This document shows, piece by piece, positions 10,646 through 21,822 of a stretch of 64,000 bases of DNA (positions are counted from its first letter, which is position 1; each line of letters begins with the position of its first letter). The notes below the pieces were generated by a model that had not been told where the DNA came from, did no database searches, and saw only the letters and a list, made by a program, of their open reading frames with translations. The position numbers and the translations under genes were made by a program. The stretch is from assembly GCA_963813075.1 (NCBI GenBank), contig CAWEXU010000004.1, forward strand, positions 1-64,000. The letters run 5' to 3'. Source of the stretch: Methanotrichaceae archaeon (GTDB taxonomy: Archaea > Halobacteriota > Methanosarcinia > Methanotrichales > Methanotrichaceae).

Positions 10646-10894
10646 TTACTCCTTAACGGACTCAGTAACAGTGACGGTTTCGGGTTCGATGATCACAATG
10701 GTTCCGTTTGTCATGTTGGTCATGTTGTTGGTCATGTTGGTCATATTTGTCATGTTGGTGATGTTGGTCATGTTCACAGATGCGTTGTCGCTGGCATTCA
10801 GGGTTACATTCACTACTTCCTCGCTCAGGGCAGCTCCAATAGACAGAGCCATCAAGAGAGAGAAGAGTACTAGTCCGCTTGATATTTTGCTCAT
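10646..10894 (-). CDS. Small secreted N-x-T repeat protein
   Basis: 82 aa, signal peptide, NMTNITNMTNMTNMTNNMTNMTNGT. Confidence 0.75.
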   Translation of the reverse strand: MSKISSGLVLFSLLMALSIGAALSEEVVNVTLNASDNASVNMTNITNMTNMTNMTNNMTNMTNGTIVIIEPETVTVTESVKE

Positions 10895-11089
10895 AGTTTA
10901 CACTCCATTTGCTTATGAGGCGTGTGAAATTCTTTATCGAATATAAACTTTTCCGTGACAAAAATTTATGTATAATTCAGGATAAGAGGTGGATTGATCA
11001 GCAAAAACAAGCATTCCCCCAGCCAAAATAGGCTCAGCGGAAAAAGGCTCCAAGAGCCGTCTTTAAAGATATATTGCAGATATCAAGCC

Positions 11090-12453
11090 TCAAGTTCTCC
11101 TGTAAGCCCGGCAGCTTTCAATGAATTTATCTACAGAGACCGAATAAAAGTGAGCATGCAGATATCCAGCCACAGTGTTGTTCTCCACCAGACCGTCTTT
11201 GCCCTCGCCAATTCCTTTTCCCCGGGAGAGCTTCAGGCAATAGCGAGCATCCCGATCGCATTCGCAGCGCGAATAATGAAACTCATGCCCGCGAAGGCTC
11301 TGGCCCACATCAGCCAGCGGATTGCCGGCCTGAACCTCCGCCTTCACATATCCAAGAGCCATGAGCCTCTTCTCCATAAACGTGGTGCAGGGAAGGGCTC
11401 CTGCCATCTTAAAGGATCCGGCCTCCGACTCCAGGCCCGCTCCCAGATACATCAGGCCGCCGCACTCTCCTAAGATTGGCATCCCATCCTCGGAAGCCTT
11501 TTTGATCTGCCTCCTGGCACAGGCGACCTCTCGAGCTCTCTGGCATACAGCTCTGGATAGCCTCCGCCGATATACAGGCCCTCCACCTCGGGCAGCTCGT
11601 CCTCCAGCGGGCTGAAATAGACCAGATCCGCCCCATGCCTCTCCAGCTCTAAGAGGTTCTCATGATAATAAAAGCAGAAGGCCCGATCCCTGGCCACCCC
11701 AATTCGCACCAACCCATTTTCATCTCCCTTTTCTCCTGCCCGCTCATCTGAGGCGGCAACCGCCGGAGGACGGGCCTGGCCCGGAAGCTCCAGAATCCGG
11801 TCGATATCGGCATTCTCCTCCAGGAAGTCCGCTAAAAGTCCTGGATCATGATCCCTCTCAAAGCCCATAACCAGCCCCAGGTGGCGGCTTTTCACCTCCA
11901 TCTCTTTGTCCCTGGGAAGAGCCCCGAATACCGGCTTTTTAAGGCAGCTTTTTAGCATATCCAGATGCCTTCGGCTTCCCACCCGGTTGAGTATCGTCCC
12001 CGCCAGCCGCACCCCTGGGTCATAGCCGGCAAACCCCAGCTCCATGGCGGCAGCACTTCGCGACATGCCATGCACATTGATCACCAGGAGAACGGGGATA
12101 TCCAGGATCTTGGCCACCTGGGCGGTGCTGCCAACCTCGGTGCCATCCATGCCGTCGAATAGACCCATCACCCCTTCCACCACCGCCACATCCGCTCCTC
12201 TGAGGCCGGAGAAAAAGGATCGACGGACCCCATCCTCGCCCATCATAAAGGGGTCCAAATTGAAGGAAGGCCGGCCACAGATAGCAGTATGATGAGAGGG
12301 ATCGATGAAGTCCGGGCCCACCTTATAGGGCTGAACCACCAGACCGCGGGCGCGCAGGGCGGCCATCAGACCCAATGTGATCGTCGTCTTGCCTACTCCG
12401 CTATGGGTGCCGGCGATGAGCACCGCGAGAACCGATCCATTCTCCAACGACAT
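11090..12453 (-). CDS. cbiA: Cobyrinate a,c-diamide synthase (frameshift ~11520)
   Basis: GTHSGVGKT, YKVGPDFID, VEGVMGLFDG, SRHLGL, GECGGLMYL, GHEFHYS motifs. Confidence 0.9.
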
Positions 12454-12568
12454 CTCCGATGATCCTCCATGGCACATAGATCTGTACGACCACCTCTCGG
12501 GGCTTGCCGGGCGCATGAGGCCCCTCTTCTCCGGCAAGGATATTAATACGCTGGCCGATCCCTTCTGC

Positions 12569-13309
12569 ATGCTGGTTGGGGTAATCAAGAGAGGAAAATA
12601 CGGCGAACGCCTGCTAGAGACCATAAAGGAGCATACCGACTTTGAGGTGGTATCGGTTGACGTCCCGGAGATCCTGCCCGGATTCATCGAGGACCCGGAG
12701 GAGTTCGTCCGTGAACTGAATTTTGACCCGCATATCTTCAAGGCGGACCTGCTCATTCTCTACACGTTTCATCCGGACCTCACTCCGGAGATCGTCCGCC
12801 TGGCAGGAAAAGAAGGGGTTAAGGCGGTCATCATTCCCGGAGGCATAGGCAGGGCGGGCTCCATCACTGAACTGGAGAATATCGCTGAGGAGTATAATAT
12901 CCACATCGAGGTTGATGAGATCTGCTGCACCCTGGAGGAATGCGGCGTCCCGGTGATCGACCAGTTCGCGAAAAAGCTGGGAAAACCGGAACTGGAGGTA
13001 GAGACCAAGGACGGCAAGATCAGCGGCGTGCGAGTCTTGCGCGGCTCCCCCTGCGGAGCGACATGGCATGCTGCTACCGGCATCGTGGGTAAGACTGTGT
13101 CTGAGGCCCCCTCCCTCACCGGCCTGTTCTGCCAGCAGTATCCCTGTCGCGCAGTGCGGGGAGGTCCAGGGGGCATTCACACCTCAGGCGACCTGCATAA
13201 GGACGCCATGGAGAGGGCTTTAGGCCAGCTCACCCAGCTCAGGTTGCCCGAGCAGTCCAAACCCATCAAGATCGAGCCGGGAAAGAAAGGCAAAAAGGTG
13301 GAAGGTTAA
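12569..13309 (+). CDS. DUF166 family protein
   Basis: GKYGER...FIEDP...HPDLT...ICCTL...GSPCGAT...YPCRA pattern. Confidence 0.75.
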   Translation: MLVGVIKRGKYGERLLETIKEHTDFEVVSVDVPEILPGFIEDPEEFVRELNFDPHIFKADLLILYTFHPDLTPEIVRLAGKEGVKAVIIPGGIGRAGSITELENIAEEYNIHIEVDEICCTLEECGVPVIDQFAKKLGKPELEVETKDGKISGVRVLRGSPCGATWHAATGIVGKTVSEAPSLTGLFCQQYPCRAVRGGPGGIHTSGDLHKDAMERALGQLTQLRLPEQSKPIKIEPGKKGKKVEG

Positions 13310-13314
13310 AGGAG

Positions 13315-14220
13315 ATGGGTGAGACGCAGATGATCACAGGCACCCAGGTGACAGATGCCACCGTTCGCGCTCTATATCGGGCGGAGACCTCTCTTCCTCC
13401 CTGGGTTCTGGAGAGAATAAAAGAAGGGCTGGAAAAGGAGACCAATCCCCTGGCCCGCTCTCAGCTCCAGTTCATGCTGGACAATGTAATCCTCGCCGGC
13501 TCAGGTGGCCTGCCTATCTGCCAGGATACCGGACTTGCCATATTTCATGTTCAGATGGGCGGAGATCTGTACCTGGACTTCGATCTTCAGGAGGCCATAG
13601 CGGAGGGAGTGAGAAAGGCGACATCCAGTATACCTCTCCGGCCCAATGCCGTCGATCCCCTGACACGGGAAAACAGCCTGAACAATACCGGCCAAGGGAT
13701 GCCGGACATCATCCTGGACCGGATCCCGGGACGGAAGCTGAGCATCACCGCTTTTCCCAAGGGAGCGGGATCAGAGAACATGAGCCTGGTCATGATGCTC
13801 AATCCGGCGGACGACCCAATTGAGTTCATCATCGATGCAGTCAGGGAGAGGGCGGCCAACGCCTGTCCACCCCTGTTCCTGGGAATAGGGATCGGCGGCA
13901 GCTTCGATCTGGCCGCCCGAATGGCCAAGCACGCCCTCCTCAATATGCACTGCCTCCAGCGATGCTCTGGGGAATCCTCCAAGAGAAGCGACTGCTTCAT
14001 CAGCTCAGCCACTTCGGCGGAAGAGATGAAGAGGCAGAGGCTTGAAGAGAGCCTTATGGAGAGGCTGAACAACCTGGGCATCGGCCCCATGGGCCTGGGC
14101 GGGGACACCACTGTCCTCGGCCTGAGAATCGAGAAGGCCCTCTGCCATACTGCCTCCCTGCCGGTGGCGATAAACTTCCAGTGCTGGGCAAACAGAAGCG
14201 CCACCGAGGTGATTGTATGA
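13315..14220 (+). CDS. Class I fumarate hydratase/tartrate dehydratase, alpha subunit
   Basis: PICQDTG, PKGAGSEN, ACPP, GIGPMGLGG, HTASLPV, CWA motifs. Confidence 0.92.
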   Translation: MGETQMITGTQVTDATVRALYRAETSLPPWVLERIKEGLEKETNPLARSQLQFMLDNVILAGSGGLPICQDTGLAIFHVQMGGDLYLDFDLQEAIAEGVRKATSSIPLRPNAVDPLTRENSLNNTGQGMPDIILDRIPGRKLSITAFPKGAGSENMSLVMMLNPADDPIEFIIDAVRERAANACPPLFLGIGIGGSFDLAARMAKHALLNMHCLQRCSGESSKRSDCFISSATSAEEMKRQRLEESLMERLNNLGIGPMGLGGDTTVLGLRIEKALCHTASLPVAINFQCWANRSATEVIV

Positions 14221-14753
14221 CCGTATTTCATCTCCAGACCCCTCTTAGCCAGGAGGATGTGAAAAAGCTGAATGCCGGGGATATTGTATTTCTGACGGGC
14301 AGGGTGTTCACAGCCCGGGACAAAGCCCATGCCAGGATTCGCCGCCAGGGAAGTCCGGTCTCTTTAGAGGGAGCGGCGCTCTATCACTGCGGCCCCATCA
14401 TCCAGGCAGATTCGGTCATCTCTGCCGGACCCACCACCAGCGGCAGGATGGCACGCTATACCGATGAGATTCTGGCTTTGGGGGTGAGGGCCATCATCGG
14501 CAAAGGAGGCCTGCCGGGTGAGCCGTTCCTGAATCGAGCGGTATATCTGGCCTATCCAGGGGGTTGCGGAGCAGCGGCGGCATCACAGCTCCGGATTCGA
14601 GCTGTCCACCTGCCGGAGCTGGGGATGGCGGAGTCGGTCTGGGAGCTTGATGCCCAGGACCTCGGTCCGATGGTGGTGGCAGTGGACGCGCATGGTCGGG
14701 ATCTGTACCAGGATGTGAGACTGTCGGCAAAGGCGGCAAGAGAGAAGCAATAA
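14217..14753 (+). CDS. Class I fumarate hydratase/tartrate dehydratase, beta subunit
   Basis: TARDKAH, HCGP, GPTTS, IGKGG motifs; overlaps alpha stop (ATGA). Confidence 0.9.
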   Translation: MTVFHLQTPLSQEDVKKLNAGDIVFLTGRVFTARDKAHARIRRQGSPVSLEGAALYHCGPIIQADSVISAGPTTSGRMARYTDEILALGVRAIIGKGGLPGEPFLNRAVYLAYPGGCGAAAASQLRIRAVHLPELGMAESVWELDAQDLGPMVVAVDAHGRDLYQDVRLSAKAAREKQ

Positions 14754-14761
14754 ACGGCAAA

Positions 14762-15430
14762 ATGGAAAAAAAAGCAGAAAAAGCAAAAATAGCAATAACA
14801 GCAAAATCTCTGGAGGAGGCAAGGTATCTGGTGGACCGGGGCTACCCCAAGGACTCTGCAGTCCGGTTTGTCTCCAATCACCATCGATTGGCGATTGAAG
14901 AAAGGTTCATCCTGATGAGGGTGATAGTGAGATCGGATGTTGCTCAGGCCAGGAGATCCAGGATGCTGGAGCTTGAGGACCTGAAAGACCAGACGATCTT
15001 CATTGATGGCTATAATGTCCTCATCACCACCGAGAGCGTCCTTGAAGGCTATCCCGTCTATTCATGCGATGACGGTTTGCTGCGAGACAGCAGAGGGATC
15101 TTCAGAAGCTACAAAACCTCTTCTATCACCGCCCTTGCCCTTAAGCGAATCCTCGATCTTCTGGTTTTGGCCGGCCCCGCCAAAACGGAGGTGCTGCTGG
15201 ACCAGCAGATGAGCCGCAGTGGAGAGCTGGCGGATTTGATAAGAGGAATGATGGCACAGCGGCATCTTTGCGGCACGGCCAGAACCGCCAGGGATGTCGA
15301 CCGCCTTTTAAAGGCAACCAGGGGGATCGTCCTGACCAGCGACGGCAATGTGATCGATAGCCTGGATCATTTCATGGACCTTCCCCGGGAGATCGCCAGA
15401 AGATCAGGCATAAAGCCTCTGATCCTCTGA
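14762..15430 (+). CDS. DUF434 domain protein
   Basis: YLVDRGYP...IDGYNVLIT...DDGLLRD...SRSGELA. Confidence 0.85.
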   Translation: MEKKAEKAKIAITAKSLEEARYLVDRGYPKDSAVRFVSNHHRLAIEERFILMRVIVRSDVAQARRSRMLELEDLKDQTIFIDGYNVLITTESVLEGYPVYSCDDGLLRDSRGIFRSYKTSSITALALKRILDLLVLAGPAKTEVLLDQQMSRSGELADLIRGMMAQRHLCGTARTARDVDRLLKATRGIVLTSDGNVIDSLDHFMDLPREIARRSGIKPLIL

Positions 15431-15622
15431 TATTTTCCAGATATTCATCTTTTATCCAACCATCTTTTGTCTAACCATCTTTAGTCTCCACCATCCCGTT
15501 TCCCGCTCGATCTATCCGCGGCCATTTGCCCCTTATCCTATCCCCAGCCCAATCGTCATCTTTTTATGCTACATTTGATTAATATACTATTGGGGTTTCA
15601 AAAGCTTTCAAAGTTATGGTGA

Positions 15623-16078
15623 GTGGCAATGAGAACGAGAGTATTAGCTTTAGTGGCACTGGCATTACTGCTCTTGGGCGGTGGGGCTCTGGCATCTCAT
15701 CCCATGTTCTTTCCCCTGAGCGAGCATACCATAGCCAAGGATATTACCGATAGCGGCATGCCGCTTTACAGGACGACCACATTTACCACTGATGATGAGC
15801 AGGCCGTCTCCTGGCTGCTGATCTGGCGGGACGCTAAACCGCATACCGTAGAGTGGAGATGGTACTGGCCTGAGGGCAGGACCTATGCCCGGTCGTTCAG
15901 CACCATTCCGCCCATCGATGGATTCACGGGAATGTGGGCTGCGCCCGTCTGGAGCTGCCTGAAGATCAAAGGAACTGATGTTGCTCATCTTCCAGGAAAC
16001 TGGAGGGTGGATGTGATAGTGGACTACAGGAAGGTGCTCACAGAGTACTTCACCATCAACAATCCCTATGCCTGCTGA
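15623..16078 (+). CDS. Secreted hypothetical protein (Ig-like)
   Basis: Signal peptide; WRWYWPEG...PGNWRVDV beta-rich pattern. Confidence 0.7.
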   Translation: MAMRTRVLALVALALLLLGGGALASHPMFFPLSEHTIAKDITDSGMPLYRTTTFTTDDEQAVSWLLIWRDAKPHTVEWRWYWPEGRTYARSFSTIPPIDGFTGMWAAPVWSCLKIKGTDVAHLPGNWRVDVIVDYRKVLTEYFTINNPYAC

Positions 16079-16248
16079 GACTCGTCCTGGCATATTCGCA
16101 TATCGAGATTAGCTGCGGTTTATGAATGAAAAGACCGGCAAACTGAAGGGCTAGCTGTGCTTTTGGTCTTTTCAATTGCATCCTTTAGCATGCCAGTGGA
16201 AGACCATATAAATCCCGGATGTCTAGAGGTAGAGCGGTGGCATAGAAG

Positions 16249-16969
16249 ATGGATCTGGAATTCGGTGGCAAGACCAGAGAGCCTGATATTCGCAGGCTCT
16301 TTGACATGAAAGACGTCATATTCGATCAGAATTGGCTGGCGGGGGCTGAGAACTTCGAGCTGTACTATATGTTCCGCGACCTATTCTTAAGCCGGGCGGA
16401 CGGGGATAAGCTTCGAGATCAAAACCTGAGATACGATATCACCATAATCCCCCCAGGGATGATAGGCTGCGAGTACATGAAGACCGCAGGCCACTACCAT
16501 CCCCAGGCACCGGGATCTTCCGTCACCTATCCTGAGCTCTATGAGGTGCTGGAGGGCGAGGCGCTCTATCTCCTGCAGAGCGATGACCTATCCGATGTGG
16601 TGGCCATAAATGCCGCTGCCGGGGATAAGGTCCTGGTCCCACCCAATTACGGGCATATCACCATCAATCGATCCAATAAGACCCTCAAGATGTCCAACTT
16701 CGTGGCCAGGGACTTCTCATCCCTCTATGGTCCCATAAAGGAGAAGGCTGGAGGGGCATACTTTTTCACCCAGAGAGGGGTGGGTCAAGAACCCGCGCTG
16801 CCCGGAGGCGGCTGAGCTGCGGCGGGCGGATGCGCCCGGCGGCCGGACCCTTTCCCGGCTGGGGCTGGCCAAAGGCAAGGAGATGTACCCTCTGCTCAAA
16901 GAGCATGGCCGGCTGGATTACCTGACCCGGCCCGGCGATCACCTGGACCTCTTTTCCGGGGTAATCTGA
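16249..16969 (+). CDS. pgi: Cupin-type glucose-6-phosphate isomerase (frameshift ~16770)
   Basis: LRYDITIIPPG...KTAGHYH...PELYEVLEG...PPNYGHITIN. Confidence 0.88.
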
Positions 16970-17033
16970 GATAACGATATTCGAAGAACGAAGTTGGCAG
17001 AACGAAGAATGATCCAAGGAAGATTTGAATAAA

Positions 17034-17972
17034 ATGACAATCCAGGGACTCACCAGATTCAGAGCATATATTGAGCTGCTCAGGCCGCCGCTCGCGCCCA
17101 TGGATATCGCCATGCCTGCGGCCTCGGCTCTCCTGGCGGTCTATGCGGTGGAGGGAACTCTTCCTCCTCTGATTCCTTTTGTCATAGCGGTGCTGGGAGC
17201 CTACTGTGCCATCACCAGCTCTTATGTCTATAACGACTGCTGCGACATCGAGGTGGATAAGGTCGGCATGCCCTCCCGGCCGCTGCCTTCGGCAAAGCTG
17301 AACAAGAGGCAGGCCCAGTCCTGGTCTATATTTCTCTTTCTCGTCGCTCTGTCCGCCGCCCTCTACCTGAACCCGGAGAGCTTTGTCGCCCTCATCCTTG
17401 CCACCATCCTGGCCAGCATCTACTCCGCCTGGGCCAAGAGGAATACCCCCTTCTCCTGGATCTTCGTGGGCTTATCCTATGGATTGGTGCCCCTCGGCGT
17501 CTGGCTGGCCATGGAGCCGGCAGGGATTCTCAAGGCCGGTGCGGGCATCCACCCCGCTTCTGTGATCCTGGCGGCGATGATCTGCATCACCGATTGGGGA
17601 TTCACCAACTGCGATGCCTCTCGTGATGTCGAAGGCGACAGAAAGGAGGGGATTCCTACCACTCCCGCCACCTTCGGCATTCCGGTCACGGCAAAGCTGG
17701 TGGCCCTCTTCTGGCTGGTGGGAATCGCCCTTTCCATTGCCCTGGGATTGGCCTCTGATCTAGGATGGTTCTATCTCATCGCTGCTATTGTATCAGGCGG
17801 CTGGCTGCTGGGGCAGAACGGGGATTTCGTGCGCCATCCGACGGCAAAAAGAGGGGAAGAGTTCTTCTATCAGTCTGCCAACTACCGCGCCTGGCTTTTT
17901 GCGGCCTTGATCATCGATGTGCTCTTCAGAGCGACCCTGCTCGATGTCTTGCCCCAGTTAGGTTGGCTGTGA
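17034..17972 (+). CDS. UbiA-family prenyltransferase
   Basis: NDCCDIEVD...RPLPS, DVEGDRKEG, multiple TM helices. Confidence 0.9.
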   Translation: MTIQGLTRFRAYIELLRPPLAPMDIAMPAASALLAVYAVEGTLPPLIPFVIAVLGAYCAITSSYVYNDCCDIEVDKVGMPSRPLPSAKLNKRQAQSWSIFLFLVALSAALYLNPESFVALILATILASIYSAWAKRNTPFSWIFVGLSYGLVPLGVWLAMEPAGILKAGAGIHPASVILAAMICITDWGFTNCDASRDVEGDRKEGIPTTPATFGIPVTAKLVALFWLVGIALSIALGLASDLGWFYLIAAIVSGGWLLGQNGDFVRHPTAKRGEEFFYQSANYRAWLFAALIIDVLFRATLLDVLPQLGWL

Positions 17973-18035
17973 GGGCAAATTGATTGATGGAAAAGGCAAG
18001 ACCTCTCTCCCAGCTCTTCGATATTCATGCCGATC

Positions 18036-18338
18036 TCAGTCGTCCAGGATGATGGATGCCGTGGCAAAGCCTGAGCCCAGGCGGACCAGTCCCCCAATGG
18101 CTGCGGCTTCCAGCATCTCCTCTCGGGTCACTCCTGCCATTTTGGCCACCTTCTTATGGAACTCAACACAGGTGTCGCATCGAATGGCTACGGCGCACGC
18201 CAGGCCGACGATGGCCTTATCTTTGGACGATAGCGCACCGTCTTTCATGATCTCATTTCTCAAGGATGCAAAAGCGGAATTGACGCCGTCACCTGCGGCT
18301 TCTGCAAATATGATCGGTTTGGGCTTCTCCTCAGTCAT
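18036..18338 (-). CDS. Carboxymuconolactone decarboxylase/AhpD-like protein
   Basis: GALSSKDK...AVAIRCDTCVEFH...GVTREE; GGAGG RBS. Confidence 0.85.
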   Translation of the reverse strand: MTEEKPKPIIFAEAAGDGVNSAFASLRNEIMKDGALSSKDKAIVGLACAVAIRCDTCVEFHKKVAKMAGVTREEMLEAAAIGGLVRLGSGFATASIILDD

Positions 18339-18614
18339 CTTCTTTACCTCCTAATCCTTAATCAAGATTCTTTCCTCTGCTTATTTGCGATCCTTCCAGC
18401 TATGTAGAGCTATTAATATTGTATATAGTAAGGGCGAATCGATATAATATATACATAACACAACTGCATCTAAAATAGAATTCAAGGACTGCTGCCATTC
18501 CCAGGCCACTGTACAATTTGGCCGCTTGTCTGTCCTTGGATTTCAATCTGATAAGACCCAAATCAGATAGAACATAGTCTAAACATGAGTGTGTAGGCAT
18601 TATCAGGTGATCGA

Positions 18615-19682
18615 ATGAATTATAGCAAAATTTATAGCAAAACCCTGCCATGCATGGCGATCCTCGCCGCTTTTCTGCTTTTGGGCGTCGCCTCTGGCCA
18701 GAATACCCAGGACCCCTTAGAGGGTGGATATGTCGGCTACAGCCGGACAGACGATCCGGGACTCGCCGGAATGCTGCGCTGGCTGGATCAGCCGGTCTCC
18801 AATTATCCCTGGTACTCTTCCGCAGGCGGCTCGTTCTACAGCCAGCCGTACAGCGAAACCACATTCACCCCTTATAGGGAGTACTATACCACTGCAGGCA
18901 CAACTGCAGGCACAAAGCCCTCGGGCGGTATAGTGAGCAATCCGGCCAAGTACGATATCAGCGGAAAGACTCCCTCTGTGGTCTACTATGGGGCAGGGGT
19001 GGGACTGCCATACTCTCAGTACGCTTCCCTGGCCCCGTCAAGGACCGGCGACCTGTGGATTCAGGGAGCCAATAACTGGACCCAATATGTGGTATGCCCG
19101 GTTGGCACCTGGCTGCAGCTGGTGGCCAATGCGCCTGCAGGAGGCTCAGCGGGCTTCTATGAGGTGGTTCAGACCGACGCGGCCTCGACAAAATACATGA
19201 TCTATCAGTTCAACTCAGGCTACAACAGCATGAACTACCTGGCGGATCAGGTGGGAAGGCATATGCTCTACTTTGTGCTGAACAACCAGCCGAGCAACGT
19301 GGTGGTAGTGGATGTGTTCTCCCAGGCCCAGGGAGTCTCAGGAAGCACAGGAGTGACCGCCAATCCACGGAGCACAGTTCCAGTCAACGTTCTGGGCAAG
19401 GGCGAAACAGGGAGCTTCAAGACGGGCAAGAGTTCGTCCCTGAACTCTGAGGGCGTTGGCACCACGACTACCACTACAACCACGCCTGACGGCCGAACCG
19501 TTACCACCACCAATGGAGTGACCACCATCACCCCTGCTGGCCAGCCGGTGACGACCTCCGACGGAACCTACCAGACAACCACCAGCCCCGATGGCACTCA
19601 GACCACCACCAGTTCCCCCCAGGGGACCACAGTCACCACTGGCGACGGGGTGACGACAACGACCGGGTCAGGATGGCTTTAG
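18615..19682 (+). CDS. Secreted protein with Thr-rich tail (paralog 1)
   Basis: Signal peptide, LWIQGANNWTQY...GRHMLYFV domain, T-rich C-terminus. Confidence 0.8.
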   Translation: MNYSKIYSKTLPCMAILAAFLLLGVASGQNTQDPLEGGYVGYSRTDDPGLAGMLRWLDQPVSNYPWYSSAGGSFYSQPYSETTFTPYREYYTTAGTTAGTKPSGGIVSNPAKYDISGKTPSVVYYGAGVGLPYSQYASLAPSRTGDLWIQGANNWTQYVVCPVGTWLQLVANAPAGGSAGFYEVVQTDAASTKYMIYQFNSGYNSMNYLADQVGRHMLYFVLNNQPSNVVVVDVFSQAQGVSGSTGVTANPRSTVPVNVLGKGETGSFKTGKSSSLNSEGVGTTTTTTTTPDGRTVTTTNGVTTITPAGQPVTTSDGTYQTTTSPDGTQTTTSSPQGTTVTTGDGVTTTTGSGWL

Positions 19683-20117
19683 GCCGATCTCTTATCCATG
19701 ATCTCATCTTTAATTTTCATCCGCAATCCTGGTTAAATCCAGTGATTGCGGATTGAAGTGGACACAGGGATTGGAAGTGGATCCAGGATCGGATCCACTG
19801 CAATAATTTTTTTCCTGTGGAAAACCGAAAATACGGCGATCTGAATATCGAATAGCGCGTCTCTTATCAGGCAATCAAGATTCGATTCTTTATAGCGTCC
19901 TCGAATATCTCCAGCTCTGTGGCCTCTTGAACATCTCATCTTCTCTGGCAGAGAATTGGCCAGGGATAGAGGGAAAATGTCAGAGGGTAGGGGGTATGAA
20001 AAGATTGGGGAGCAGCAAATCCTGCCAGGATTATGCATGATTATATATCTCATAAGAATATACCTTAAGATACCGATTCATCTAATAGTCTGATGAATCC
20101 CAAAGCTAGGTGATTTT

Positions 20118-21216
20118 ATGAAGTGCAACAAAATTCTGCTCTTTGCGGCAATCCTCGCAGCATGCCTGCTGATTGGCAGCTCCTCCGGTCAGGACGATTC
20201 GGCCTTAAGAGCTGTCACCTCCAGTCGAAACGACGATCCAGGTCTCGCCGGAATGTTGCGCTGGCTGGACCAACCTGTCCCCAGCCTTCCCCTGGTACAC
20301 CACAGGTGGCTCCTTCTACAGCCAGCCATATAGCGAGACCACATTCACCCCTTACAAAGAGTATTATGCACCGGCAAAAACGACATCAACCAGTGGGATA
20401 ATCAGCAATCCTGCAAAGTTCGACATCACTGGTAGAGCGCCCTATGTGGTGTACTATGGTGGAGGCTCCGGCCTGCCCTACTCTCAGTATGCATCCCTAT
20501 ACTCCAAGACCAACGACCTCTGGATCCAGGGGAGGAATAACTGGACCCAATATGCCGTGGTTCCCGTGGGCACCTGGCTGCAGTTGGTAGCCCATGTGCC
20601 GGTCGGTGGGGCATCGGGCTTTTATGAAACCGTCCAGACCGACACGGCTGCGACGAAGTACATGACCTATCAGTTCAGCTCCGGCTATAACAGTATGAGT
20701 TATTATGCGGGAAGTGTGGGAAGACATATGCTGTACTTCGTGGTCAACAGTCAGCCCAGCAATGTGGTGATTGTGGATGTATTCGCTCAGGCCAAAGCGA
20801 GTCCTGGTGTGAGCACTTACCAGCCTCCGACCCAGAGTTCGGTCAACGTCATTGGCAGCGGAACGAGCGCCGGGAGCTTTGCCACATATCCCAGATCATA
20901 CCCATCTTTTTACAGCTATCCATATAGCGATTATCCGTACAGCTATTACCCGTATAGCTATTACCCATACAGCTATTATCCATACCGCAATCCAGATGGC
21001 TATACCACCGCCACTACATCCGATGGAAAGATAATCACCACCTCCGACGGCAAGACCACTGTCACCCCCCTTGGCAAGACGACGACGGTCTTTGGCGGAC
21101 CCTACACCACAACCATAAGCCCCGATGGCACTCAGACCACCACCACCTCCCCCCAGGGGACCACAATCACCACTGACGACGGGGTGACGACAACGACCGG
21201 GTCCGGATGGACCTAG
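20118..21216 (+). CDS. Secreted protein with YPYSY repeats and Thr-rich tail (paralog 2; frameshift ~20290)
   Basis: Shares DDPGLAGMLRWLDQPV and LWIQG...GRHMLYFV with paralog 1. Confidence 0.8.
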
Positions 21217-21320
21217 GAGGTCATGGAATCAAAAATTCTAAAAGGATTTCGAAAAGATCCAAGAAATCAATACAGGTTTGGTAAAGACTTTCTGGCAAGA
21301 GGGAAAGTTGCAAGAATGAG

Positions 21321-21650
21321 GTGATCAATTTGAAGAAAGAAGAATTTATGCGGCAGATAGAGGGTTGCAAGTTTCCGGAGGCATTTGATCAACGCCTTCT
21401 GGACAATGCTTCTGAGATGTTCAGCAAATGGGGCAAGACCACACACATGGATGAGAAAGAGCACCTTTTTGAGAGCTCTGGACTGACGTCTAAGACTGGA
21501 GATAGCGATGCCCTGAAAAAAGAAAAGGAGGCGCTCCGATGTGTTTGCGGGAAGATGATGGATGCCAAGCTGAACAGGAACGACGCCGCAGCTCTCATCA
21601 AGAATTTTAATAAGATCAAAGATCCGGGATTTGAGTGGGTCGAAAGATAG
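21321..21650 (+). CDS. Hypothetical protein
   Basis: 109 aa ORF with GAGGTGA RBS. Confidence 0.7.
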   Translation: MINLKKEEFMRQIEGCKFPEAFDQRLLDNASEMFSKWGKTTHMDEKEHLFESSGLTSKTGDSDALKKEKEALRCVCGKMMDAKLNRNDAAALIKNFNKIKDPGFEWVER

Positions 21651-21822
21651 ACCAACTCAAATTATTTTATACTTTTTTAGTTCTACATGCCCATAAGCAT
21701 TCACATTGCGGCTGATTCTGCTCTAAAGGTTGCTTTTGAAAATTAAAAGTCAGGATAAGCTCAATGGAGATGGATTCTCACCATCTGCCCGGAGCTTACC
21801 CCTGCAGTTCACTTTTCTGCCA

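Noticed and set aside
21766..21800. Fluoride riboswitch (ggagatgg... start)
   Set aside because: Lacks the downstream AAACCGC/GCUGAUGA-CUAC elements and is not upstream of a co-oriented gene.
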